NCBI GenBank assembly: GCA_023213395.1
Contig: CM041465.1
Coordinates: 232,693,741 to 232,757,740 of the forward strand
Length of the DNA stretch: 64,000 nucleotides
Direction of reading: 5' to 3'
From: Cycas panzhihuaensis
Lineage: Eukaryota > Plantae > Cycadophyta
Shown here: one piece after another, positions 27,026-38,783 of the stretch
Layout: each line of letters opens with the position of its first letter
Numbering within the stretch: position 1 is the stretch's first letter
Translations under genes and position numbers: made by a program
The notes under the pieces: model-generated
Databases searched by the model: none
Seen by the model: only the letters and a program-made list of their open reading frames with translations
What the model was told of the DNA's origin: nothing

Positions 27026-27268
27026 TGTTGAACTAGTGTACTCACATAGAAAATGAAGAGAGTGAGTGAAAATGATCCCTTGCATTACAATAAGAACTTT
27101 TACATACTTATACATTGAGTTACTAACATAAATAGGGTTAGGGTTAGTGACTAACATTTAATGTTAGTCAACCTAACATGAAGTTACAATGACTAACATA
27201 AAGTTACAGTGACTAATATAATGTTATAAGTATTAATACAATATAGGAGATGCCATTATATTCTAACA
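27026..27268 (-). repeat. 5' LTR of Copia C
   Basis: TGTTGAAC..TTCTAACA, between PBS and TSD. Confidence 0.95.
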
Positions 27269-27589
27269 GTATCTTGGAAGTGCAACTCGAAGCATTGTGT
27301 CTGTAAGAGAAAAAGGGAGCCATACTCTGTACAGTGCAGGGGTTGCATTGTTAGGTGCATGTTGAAGTCAAACGAGAAAATAATACATTGCAATATGCAT
27401 ATGGTGATATTGCATCTATTAGTTGACCTTTGAAGTCAAACACTAGTTGTAATAAGGCCTTTGGATCTTTTGAAGGTCATGATTTAAGTTTTACCAAGGT
27501 TCATCTTAATTATTTGCTATTATAAAAATAAGATAATGAGTCTTGATCTCTTAACAATACTAGTATGGAATGTAGAAGAATGATGTCAT

Positions 27590-28433
27590 TGTGTGTTGGT
27601 ACGCTATCTTTTACATCTGACCTGACTCATAATTAAAGATAGAGCAAGCACAAGAATGTACACCAAAATGAATGCAATCATATTCTTATTATGGAGGGAA
27701 CTACGCTTGGTTCTCTCACAACGAGACATAGACCCAGATAGTACAACAGATCACAAGTCACGGGCCATTAAGGCCTGCACAACAAGAGGAGAGAGAGAAT
27801 TACGCACACACACATATATACATTGGATGTCACTCTATGGTTAACTTTATACTCAAGACAATACAAATTGTTACATTCGTAATATTAACCGTTATTGAAA
27901 ACGGTTGCAACTAAAATCTTAAGTATTCACATGACGGACTAGTGATAACCGCAACTTCAAGTAAGTCATACTTTGAAGTATCTTTTTGATCCAATTGTGT
28001 TCTTAACTATAATCATGACCTAGTCATACTTGCTAGTCACACTTGTGATCCCAACCACGACCTGGTCGCACTCCTAGTCTACAATTGTGACTTGATTGCA
28101 CCCTTGCCTACAATTATGACCTGATCGCATTCTTGACTGCAATTTCAACTTGATTGCACTTTCGGTTGCAATTACAACTAGGTCGTAGTTTCAACTATAC
28201 TTGCGACCTGATTGTATCTCCAACTGCAGTTGTGACCTAGTCATTATGCTAACTATGATCACAACCTGGTTGCACCCTTGATCGCAATCATGTCGTGGTT
28301 GTACCTGCAACTACAATTGCAACGTTGTCATACCTGTTATTACAATCATGATCTAGCCACGTTTACACTTAAACTTTTTCTGTTGTAACTAACCTATCCT
28401 AAAAATTGTTATTTACATTTTTACTCGCACACA
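27590..28433 (-). repeat. Putative 3' LTR of element H, containing a 29-bp minisatellite (about 28017-28355)
   Basis: Inverted termini TGTGTG..CACACA resemble the ends of F's LTRs; followed by TCTCCGCCGTCAC, similar to F's PPT-side TCTCCCTGGCAGCCAC. No partner LTR to confirm it. Confidence 0.6.
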
Positions 28434-28539
28434 TCTCCGCCGTCACTAAACTAATAAGTGCCCTCACTCTTTCAAAAAAAAGAAAAAAAAAGAAAAAAAA
28501 AATTCCACATATCTCCTACCCTCCCAATTTTTGAAAAAT

Positions 28540-30300
28540 TTAGTGTTGATCCTCCTCTTGTAGCTTCCAAAACTTGGCCATTTCCTATGGAATGTAAGTT
28601 TGATTTGGTCTCAGAATGGATGGTGGTAATCTCAATCCATGAGACCGACAATGATCACATAGAATGAAGACATGTCATAGAGCATCCAATTGGTGCATTG
28701 TGGGAATCTTGCCAAACTACAATTGCTCAATTTGTTTTGAGAGGTCCTCATTAATAATTTGCAAAGATCGCAATTCCTCCTGATATGATTGAATCGAAGA
28801 CCAAAATCTATTAGTGTGTTAGGCTTCTTCCCTTGTTTGCAAAATCCAAGTGCTAAGTCGATAGATTACGTCTTGTAGGTCTAGAGGAATCTCCTTGGTA
28901 AAGAGATTTTTAAAGCATGCAATTAAGGGGTAATTTCATCTATATCATCCATCCATGCAATGTAAAATAAATTTTTTCAAAAAATTTAATTGATACTCCA
29001 CAACAACTAACGTATCTTCCAATTTTTGAATCCACAGTAAATTCGACGAATGTCGTCTTCTCCTGCTTTCCAAGTCGGTCACCAATTGTTGGGTTACGTG
29101 TCCCAAAAAGTGCATCTTCCATGGAGAAACATTTTGTGGGTCGCAATCCATTGGATTAAGCCCCTCCTCTAGAATGTTGTCATCTGGATTGAATTCCACT
29201 TTTGCAGGCTACGAATTTAATTGCTCGAAAATGTCTCTTCATCTTTTTTCCGCTGCAAGTCTCCTTCGCTTTTGGCACTCTTGTTCAAAGACTGTTGCTT
29301 CTATCGCTGCTGTTAGTTGTGGCAGTGTTGGCTATAATACTGGTTCATCAGATTGTACTTCCTCCTTCACAATGATAGGTCCTCCCAACTTCCTTCTTCC
29401 CTTTCTAATATTGGATTTCCTTTATTCCTCCTTTTTTCACCATCTTGGAGCTGTTTTTTGGTCTGGACTTGTGAGGTCGCCTCTTCTTGTTGTGTCATGC
29501 CTTCTTTTTCCTCTTCTTTGATCACCAAGGATGGTTGAGGAGTCCTTGCCTGCCATCGCTGGTAAAGCTAACTTTTCACCGTCTGTTGATTTTGTGCCAA
29601 CTTTAACAAGACTCACGATCGCTCTTTGTCAAACACTTCCGTCCACTTGGTCAGTTGAGATTGGCCTTCATTTGGAGTTGAAAGTTGGACACTAGGGCAT
29701 TGTGAGAAAAGTAACCCTTGGAGTAGGGTGGGACAAAAAAATGTTGCTGGCTATGTTGTGTTTCTCATAGCCTCTAAATTCCTTAACAGCCTAACGAAAA
29801 CAAATTTCGCCCAATTGAAATGTTCCCTGTTAGGTACTCTGAGCGGCATCGTATGAAGATTGGTGGGAACAAATAGGTTTTTTTGGGTCATAATAACTCA
29901 CGCAAACAGGAAATATGCAATCCAGCATCTTTCCTGTGATGATATTCCCCGAGTTGGAAATATCAGACTCCTTTGTGCCAATATGACATGTTGCTTGTTG
30001 TCTCGATATTCGCTTGCCTTTAGGGATATCGACTCCATCAATGGGTAGCCCTGTAAGTTGCAAGATTGTTGTTGGAAAAAAAATGATTAAAGAAGGTTGT
30101 GGCACCATAGTGGTTACGATCGTAAAAAAATTCAAAATAAAGGGAAGAACACCCACCTTAATGTATTCACTGAAACCCGTAACTGTAAGGATTTTCTTTT
30201 GAGAATCCTTCGATGACATAGTAGACCATTCCCTATATATTTGATCGTCATTTGTTTCTCTAATATTCGCATTCACTTGAGGAATGTTCTTGCTCTCCAT
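28540..30300 (-). pseudogene. Extra 3' ORF of element H (unknown function; disrupted)
   Basis: ORF 29830-30300 plus frameshifted continuation QKNLFVP..NWAKF..TLLQGLL..QC and ORF 28945-29199; homologous to 35642-36673 and 62880-64000. Confidence 0.75.
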
Positions 30301-30777
30301 TGCTATAATTCACATTCACTGGTTCCAATCTCAATCCCGAACACTACGCCCCTAAATTCAAGCGAATTCACCAATATGCATAGGAAGATGGAATGAAACA
30401 CATTAGAGGTGATATAATGGCTTGTTGCCGTTGTTTGTAACTGGTCTGCCAACTTGTCAAATCAGTCTTGTTTCCTTGATTATGATTAGGATACAACCAT
30501 CAATCGCAATCAACACCATCATTACTGAAAATTTGCCCACTTTGCCTTAACGTAAATCTATTCGTCCATCTCCTGGTGCTTTTCCCAAGATGTTCGCGAC
30601 TGTTGATCTTTCCAATATGATCGTTGAGCAAGGTTTCTATTATTATTGTTAATCCCCGATCACGACCTGTACTAAAAACATCTTGTCTGCCAAAACCATA
30701 ATTAGTTTTATCCTGCACATTATTCAAGATTCTTGCCCACATGATTTGCGTTCATTTATTTTAATTTTTATTTTCTT

Positions 30778-32889
30778 TTACCTTCCATTTATTGTATATA
30801 GCTTTAGTTGACTTTTGTTGATTGTTTTCTTCAACAAGGTTCCATCGAGCTGTCTAAGTTGAACGACTCCATTTTGTCCAGTGTGATCTACCTTATAAGG
30901 GCCTAACCATCTCAGTTTCATATTTCCTGGTTTCATACAGAATTTAGTATCATACGACAATACCAATTCATCTATTTGAATTTGAGGTGTTCACAGATGT
31001 CTATCATGCCATGCGTTTCGCCTTTTCTTTTCTTCCTTGAGTTCCCAGAAGGCTTTTGCTCTTCGTTCGTCTAACTTCATTAGATGCATGAGTTGTTAAT
31101 CTCTAGGGTCTTTTTCTTGCATTTGTAGCTGAATTGCTACTCTCAGACTTTCCCCGTGAAACTCTAGGGGAAGGACAACTTCCAGACCATAAACTAATTG
31201 AAATGGAGTCTACTTGTGTGGTTGCTTTACTGCTGTTTTGTCTGCCCATAGGACATAATGTAAATGTTCTGCCCAATCAATCCTCCCTTCACAACAAATT
31301 TTTGACAGAGCCAACTTTAAAATCTTGTTAGTACTTTCTACTTGGTCATTGGCCCTTGGATAATAAGGAGAAGACTTCTAGTGTTGGATGATAAGCTTAT
31401 TAGTAAGATGTTTTACAGTCTGATTCAGAAAACTACTACCTTGATTTGACACAATCTCTAAAGGGCAACCAAAGCGAACAATAATAGTTTCATATAGAAA
31501 CCTAGTTGTACTTTTGGCGTCGTGTATTCTCATTGGTCATGCTTCTATCCATTTAGTTAGAAAATCGGTGGCGATTAGAATATACTTGGCATTTGTTTGT
31601 TTGGCCGGTGGGCTAAGTGGCCCTACAAAGTCTAGTCCCCACTTTTCAAATGGAGCATGAGCTAAGATTGGATATAATGGCATGAAATGATGCTTCCTTG
31701 GTTTGGTCACTTGCTGGCAGACATTGCAACTACGAACCAATTTCTCTATATCCTTTATCAACGTTGCCCACCACAATGCCGCCAATAATTTTTTTTGGCA
31801 GTGGGTTCGACACCTTGGTGCTTTGTTGCCACATCATAGGCTTCCTGAATTACCGCTTCCATCGCATGTTCCAGTATGCATCTTAGTAGGACTCCATTTG
31901 GTCATAACTTATACAACATCCGCTGGATTAGTTGGAGTGGAAAGCTTTTCCTGATAAAGCTTTGCCTTTTTTCTTATTCTAATGCAATTGGTGTTTCACC
32001 TTTGGCGAGATACTGGGTAATGTCGTCATACCATTTTGGTATTGCATCAATAGAAAACAATTTTGTATCTGGAAAATCGTGATATATTCCCATGGTGGGT
32101 TCCCCTTTCACATCCCTCGATAGCATCAAGTACAATATGCTTCTCCCCTCTTTTTATGACGATCTTGAAATTGAATTCTTGAAACAACATCAACCATTGG
32201 CTGATCCTTCCCTGCAAGATGGGTTTATTTACTAGGTATTGAAGGGCCTAATGATCTACAAAGAAAACAAATGGATTAGCCATCAAGTAATGTTTGAATT
32301 GTTGTAAGGTGATACCATTCGAAGGCCTTCTCACTTAGTTACTAAGTAATTTAGCTTAGCCTAAGTCAATTTTCGATTAGCAAAGTAGATGGGCAGATCT
32401 ACATTATTGTCTTCTGGTTGGGTGGGTCAAAACACATCCAATGGTAAGCAATGAAGCATCCACATACACGTGAAAAGGGTTCACCCAATCTAGGAACCTT
32501 AAAACTGGTGTCTATGCAATGTTCTTCTTCAATAATTCAAATGCAAGTTGTTGTTGTAACTTCCACCGCTACATTGTTTTATTTTTTTTAAGATGGCCTC
32601 TAAAGGATTAGCTATTCGAGCACACTCCTTAATAAATTTCCTATAGTATGCAGTCATACTGAAAAAACCCTTTACCTATTTTACTGTTTTCGATGTGGGA
32701 AAATTTAAAATCACTGCCACTTTGTCGGGGTTTGTCAACAAACCATCCTTTATGACCTCATGTCCCTATAATTATTTGAATGGAGCTATAAGTGTACACA
32801 TTGCAGGGTTTAGACATAAGTTGCTCCTCTAGCAATTTTTTAGCATCAGCTACAAATTGCCAAGATGTTTCTTTAGCAGAGTATAAATC
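30778..32889 (-). pseudogene. Element H pol, 3' part: RT C-terminus, RNase H, integrase
   Basis: FHVYVDAS RNase H motif near 32455-32480; [29 protein letters not shown]; KPGNMKLRWLGPY. Confidence 0.9.
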
Positions 32890-33474
32890 TGTAACATTCT
32901 AGAAATCTAGTCAAAACTATGCCATGTAACCATTCAAATCGAAGGCCCCTGAACGAGGATTCCAATGGTTCAGACCAAAGTCAATTCTGACATCTATCAA
33001 AAGTTATGACCATTTAAAGTTAGCTTGCCCGTTTTTGGAGAAGTTATGGTCGACTTCTATTTGAGTAGTATTAAGGATAATGTCACCCAGTCTGGTCGAC
33101 TTCTAATTGAAGCATTTTGATCAGTATATATAGGAAGTTTGGGCTGCATCCCAAACCATCATTTAGAGGTTCTTTTGGTCACACATTTTCGGTTCTAGGG
33201 TTGCAATTAGCTCGTCCTTTTGGGGGCTGCGGTTTGGAGGGTTCTTCGTTTCGAAGAGGGAAGCTCACTTCTTCAAGAAAGACTGGTAATTTGTTATAAT
33301 TTCGTTCTATTTTGGTATTATTTGACAATAAAGATTATTATTTATTTTGGTGGATTCTGTAATTCCTGTTCCTTATTCATTTTCTTATTGAATGGCATCT
33401 AGCTATTATTTTTTGTGGATTATTACGTGTATTTTTAAGGAAAATTGCTATAAAAATAGAACTACATCGCTACA
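32890..33474 (+). repeat. 5' LTR of chromovirus E
   Basis: Homologous to 42724-43310 and, inverted, to 56414-56996. Confidence 0.95.
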
Positions 33475-33934
33475 AGTGGTATCAGAGCTTCGTTTTGAGG
33501 GGAAAGGGCAAAGGTAAAAGCACAAAAAAGGTCAAAAATTCCACTCCCCTCCCCCCCCCCCGCCCCCCCGCCCCAAAATTCAGAAAGGTCAAAAATTCTC
33601 CCCAAGGGAAGCAGAAATAGAATTGAGGTTAGGGAAAAAGCTCATTCACAAGAAGATGGCAGCCCAATCTAGAACCTCAGAGGAAAAAATTGAAGGCACG
33701 TCAGAATTAAACCAGAGCATAAGGGCTCTAACAATCCTAATCCAGAAGTTACTAGCAAAAACGGATCAAGCAACACAAAATGTGTCAGGTAGAGAAATGG
33801 ATAACAACACTGCATCAGGGATAGATCTGATGGATTAAGAAAATCAAGGAAATGAGACCAAGATATTCAATGGACGAGCTTATGAAAGGAGAACTCCCAA
33901 CATAGATAATGGATGGAAAGGGGTAGGATTATCT

Positions 33935-35043
33935 TTGGAAACATTTAATCCAGAAGTATCCAAGAATATCACTAGTTGGGTCTTACAAATGGAGAACTAT
34001 TTTAGTGTCTATAACTCCACAGCTAAGGAAAAGATGGAAGTAGCATCCTTACACTTAAAGGGAAGGGCGTTAAGGTGGTACTGTTGGTGGAAAAAGACGA
34101 ACTTACCAATGCAACAGACCTGGGAGAATCTAAGAACAAGATTAGTAGGACAATATGACAATTCTTGGAATACATATTACTTTGCTCAGTTAACACGATT
34201 ACATCAAGAAGGAACAATCCAGGAGTACACAGAACAGTTCCAAACGCTACAATGTATGGTCTCGAAAAAGATACCACATGAATGTTTACTACAGACTTAT
34301 ATTAGTGGGTTGAAAAATCAGATCAAATTTAGAGTTAAAGCAGCAGGTTCACCACAACTCCAAGTAGCGATTCAAATAGCAAGGAATGTGGAGGTAGAAC
34401 TTAGAGATAGCAAACAAACATATACAAGGAAATATGGGCCACCGGCATATCAGACCCAGAATCCTAATGGGGCCAAATTGGGAACAAAAGCAAACCTCCC
34501 ATTAGCTATAAGAAATACACTAGAAAGCTCAGGAACAACAAAAGAGGAGCACATAAGGAAATGGACCCGCTTCAAGTGTGGAGGGAAATGGAATAAGGAA
34601 CATTGGTGCCTAGCAAAGAAGGTTTTCATGATCAATAACGACGATGCAAAAATTCCAGAAGCAAAACAGGAAGAAGTAGAAGACCAGAGCGTAGGAAGGG
34701 AAGACGATAAACTTCTAGAAGTGGATATAGGGAATGTCCAAATATCCTTGCAGGCCATTACTGGGCAACAAGTATCCTTGCAAACCGTAAGTTTCCAAGG
34801 ACAAATCAAGGGGAGATCAGTATCAATCTTGGTAGATAGTGGGAGTACGCACAATTTTATAAACAAGGCATCGACAGAAAAACTGGGATTACAAGTGAAA
34901 CCCTTGAACACATTCCAGGTGTCAATAACAAATGGGAGAACAATGCTGTGTAGAGGATACTGCAAAGACACAACTTTCCAAATCAACGATTACAAGGTCA
35001 CAACTTGTATGTTTGCCATGCCCATAGGCGGAGTAGACGTAGT
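33935..35043 (+). pseudogene. Chromovirus E Gag and aspartic protease, interrupted by element F
   Basis: WVLQMENYF..HLKGRALRWY..LHQEGTIQEY..YISGLK (Gag); VSILVDSGSTHNFI (protease). GGVDVV resumes as QWLQTLG after 42430. Confidence 0.92.
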
Positions 35044-35601
35044 TGTGTGCCTCTCTTCACATCCCTAACTAACGTATAGAATTCATCACAAGAAGAGAGA
35101 CACAGTGTTGGTGGAAACATCAATAACTAACTTTATTCATGACATAAAGGGCACTGCGTCTGGTCCTCTCACAACTAGACGCAGGCTTGGGCAATTACAA
35201 CTAGAGGACAACCCTCACAATGCGTGGATCTCAGTCAGATCTTCCTCCGCATGCAGGATTGATGGATCATTTAATAGATGGCTATTCTACTTCTTTAAAT
35301 ACGGTTGATACATGGTTACATAACTGATTTTTTAACTTCAGTTTTGTCCTATCCCTAACTAATTTGCCCGCTGCCCATCTCTGCCCAAGCCGCCCTCGGT
35401 CAGCCCGAGTTGCACTCAGGTCCATTGGTTGCACTCCCAGGCAGTAGTCTTCACAGTTGCAGCCACAGTCAGCAATCTCCTGTTACTTGCAGCAACAGTC
35501 TCTTCTCAGTTGCAACAACCTTCACAGTTGCGGCTATTTACTACTATAGTCCTTTCCGTATCTGTTGGTTGCACCTCAAACTGCTGTTTAGGCCGCACAT
35601 G
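35044..35601 (-). repeat. 3' LTR of element F
   Basis: Near-identical to 41850-42425; duplicate spurious ORFs at 35105 and 41911; right end uncertain by 2 bp. Confidence 0.92.
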
Positions 35602-35641
35602 TCTCCCTGGCAGCCACTTTGAATGAGTAACATACTCGTTT

Positions 35642-36673
35642 TCAAAATTTCAAAATACCATTTTGCTCAATTCCTCCTTTGAGCTTCCCTGATTCTTGCC
35701 TTTTCCCTGCGTATTCTTGGGCCAATCTTTTCATTTTCTGCCTTTGAACCTCACCATTTGTTACTGCTACTCTCTCCGGTCTTTCTTCCCTTTCTTCCTC
35801 CTCCTCCACCGGCTCTGTTTTTGGTTCTTTATCTGCAGTTTTACCTACTTCTCCCTCTAAAGGACTGGCTCCTTTATCTCCTTTTACTTTTTCCTTCCCC
35901 TTCTGGGTAGTGTGCTCTTGAACTCCTACTGTTACCCGTCTGATTTGATATAACCTTTGCACCTAATTATGAACTTTGCCTTGCTCTTCCTCCCAATCTT
36001 CCACACTCCCATCCGTCCAACAAGCTAATGGTGCTTGCTCCTTTTGTCCCTGAGACATGCCGATTTCTGGGCACTGGAACATGAGCAACCCTTGTAGAAT
36101 TGTTACATAATAAAAAGAAGCAGTTTTGTTTGATTCCAAAACTGTTTGTAAACTCAATTTTATTCTTTTCGCCACAAATTTTGCCTAATTTAAAATTTTC
36201 CCTTGAGCCACTTGATTAACCATTGTTCTCAAATTACTTGGCACAAATGTATTCTTCTGGTTAAGCACAATTTTGGTGAAAACAAAATGTGCTAAAAACC
36301 GCTTGTCAAGGACTCGTATGCCTGCTATCCTAATGCCTGAAGTAGAGGCATCTTTACTTTCAGCCCCAATTATCCTTGCTGCTTCCTCCCGAGATATCAA
36401 GGTGTCTCTTTTAATCACTTCGCCTTCCTTCGGGAGTCCAGTAACTACTGCTATCATCTCTTCTGAAATCTATACCATTTCAGGATATTCGGCTAACAAA
36501 GGAATTATCACTTGCAAAAATTTACCTACATTGGACAAAGTCCCCACCGTTATAAACTTGTGTAATCCTGCCTTAATAATCAACTTTTTTCGTTCATCTT
36601 TTTCCTTCATGATTCGCCATTATGCACGAATCCTTGAATCATCATTCTCTCTAATCAGTAACGTTCTCGACAT
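35642..36673 (-). pseudogene. Extra 3' ORF of element F (unknown function; in-frame stops, C-terminally shortened)
   Basis: ATG at 36673; MSRTLLIRENDDSRIR..VTGLPKEG..QKNTFVP..N*AKF..TILQGLLMFQC; ORFs 36185, 35963 and 35642 are consecutive. Confidence 0.78.
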
Positions 36674-37777
36674 TGTTATCAACCGGCTTTAAGGACAACA
36701 ACTTAGTCCGTAATTATCAATGTTCTTTTACTGCAACGTCCTCAAAGTACAACCGACTGTTGGCTAGAATTTCCTCTTATGCTGTAGCTCCCTCGTCCAC
36801 TGCAACTCACACTATCCTTTTTTGCCGCAGATGCTGTAACTAAATTCCTTCTCTGACTGCCTCAAGTGCAACTTCCAACCGTTCCACCGCCACTGTTTTC
36901 CTGCTATACAACGACAGTATTAGTGCGCTTTTTATTGCAATTTTTTCTGCAATTCATCTGCAACGTCCTTGTTTTCAAGTAGTACTGATTGTTCTACACT
37001 CCTTCGTCTACTGCAACCTCCAATTTCTTCTCGTGTTGCTACAACACAAGTGATGCTACGATTGCACTCTTATTTTGCAACTTGTACTTCCCTACTGTGA
37101 CTTAACTACCTCAAGTGCAACCTTTCGCCTTACCGTTGTAATTGCCTCCTGCATTTAATGATGAACTATTCAATTAATTAATATTCTATGGGTTGTTGTC
37201 TTGTCCTTCGCCGTTGTTTTCCCATTGTAAAGCCGTTACATATCTCCTCGTGTCATGATGCCTTACTTACACTAGATTTCATCATATCTAGGTAGTTATT
37301 ATATCGCATCTATCATATCTGCATCTTGATATTTAGTTTGCGTCCATGTCTGCCTTGACATCACATCCTCTCTTCATGATTTCCACGTCCTCACTTCCAA
37401 TCCGCATCCACGTCTCTCTACGTCCACTCAACTTCTTCATATCTAGTTCATCATCTGGATCTGTCTCATTATGTCGACGTCTGCATCATGTGTGCGTCTA
37501 TTCATCATATCTACATCCTTAGCCATGTAGCTAAATCCTCATCCATGTTCGCATGCACGTCTGTATGTCCATGACCTCTCCTTATTTTAACATCATTCTA
37601 TCTTCAAGCAGTAGTCATTACTGGTCATATTAATTAATCCTCGAAGCTTGTAACACCTTTACTAAGGATATTTGCCACTTAGTTAATGATGTTCCCACTT
37701 TTTTTTTAATCAAATTATACTCTGTAGAGTTTTGATCTACTGCCATTGACTAATTTAGTCAATGGCTGACCATCCAA

Positions 37778-38395
37778 TTACTGTAATTTTACTGCTCCAT
37801 TATCATGAATATAGTTAATTCTATATGGACCTAACCATCTTATCTTCATTTTGCCGGGTTTAAACTTAAATTTACTATCATACAACAATACCAAATCATT
37901 TACCTTAAACTCAGGTCTTTTAAGGTGGCGGTCGTGCCATGCCTTCCGCCTTTCCTTTTCCACTTTCAAGTCCCACAATGCTCGTGCTCTGGTCTCGTCC
38001 AGCTTCATCAATTGAATCAATCGCTGATCGTAGGAAACTTCCGGCTCTGCCCTGAGATGTTGAGCCACTCTTAAGCTCTCTGCTTGAAACTCTTGAGGAA
38101 CCACAGCTTCCAATCCATATACTAGTTGGAATGGAGTCTGCTTATGTGATCTTTTCCTCATGGTTCTATCTGCCCACAAAACTGAATGCAATTTTTTCGG
38201 GGGGATTCCCTTCAGGTCCTTATAGGACCATGCAAAGACATCCTTGAACTCACAAAAGAGGGATGTTGCTTTTTGCATCATCTCAGGCTCCCAGTAATCT
38301 CCTATCTGTATCCATTTTGGATTCTCTTTTGTTCCAACGTTAATTGGTTTAAGTTGGAGCTTCTTCCCTTGCACTGTTTTCCCATCCAAATCCAA
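37778..38395 (-). pseudogene. In-frame fusion of RT N-terminus to integrase C-terminus (element F)
   Basis: KDVFAWSYKDLKGIPP joined directly to KKLHSVLWADRT..TPFQLVYG..KPGKMKIRWLGPY; junction near 38198. Confidence 0.88.
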
Positions 38396-38783
38396 TTCAT
38401 AGGCTGGTGCTTGAAAAATCTCCTTATGTCCATATTCTGTAACATAATATGCCTGTGGGAAATTTCTCGCCTCTTCCTAATCTATTTAACAACAATTTTC
38501 CTTTTCCACAAAAGATATATTCTTTTGTTTAGAATTTTCAATCAAACAATTTCTCATTGCCACATTTTCAGACAAAGAATACAAGCAATCATTTTGAACT
38601 TTATTAAAAGAAGGAATTGCAACATTTTCTTTTTGATTTTTTTATTACAGCGTTACCTTCTCCTAATTGCTGTTGATATGGACATAATTCCATAAGATAA
38701 CATTTTGAGGACTTATCCCCTGTTTCTTCCCAAGCGGATTGCAACCAAACCAACAAGTATGCTGCTGATGTTTCACTTGAAAT

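Larger units (their letters stand above)
21892..27268 (-). mobile_element. Element C: full-length but inactivated Ty1/Copia retrotransposon
   Basis: LTRs 21892-22099 and 27026-27268. Exact TSD GTATC at 21887-21891 and 27269-27273. PBS, minus TGGTATTAGAGC, at 27014-27025. PPT, minus AAGAGGGGA, at 22100-22108. Confidence 0.95.

Noticed and set aside
28540-30300. Calling the extra ORF a retroviral envelope gene
   Set aside because: The position is env-like, but no signal peptide or clear transmembrane anchor is visible in any of the three copies.
33056-33402. Duplicated short ORFs in LTRs (33117/42953, 33220/43056, 35105/41911, 44492/51341)
   Set aside because: They recur only because the LTRs are duplicated; no recognisable protein motifs.
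34450-34986. Long antisense ORFs (34450, 36273, 38186, 56989, 58930)
   Set aside because: Shadow frames opposite genuine retroelement coding sequence.
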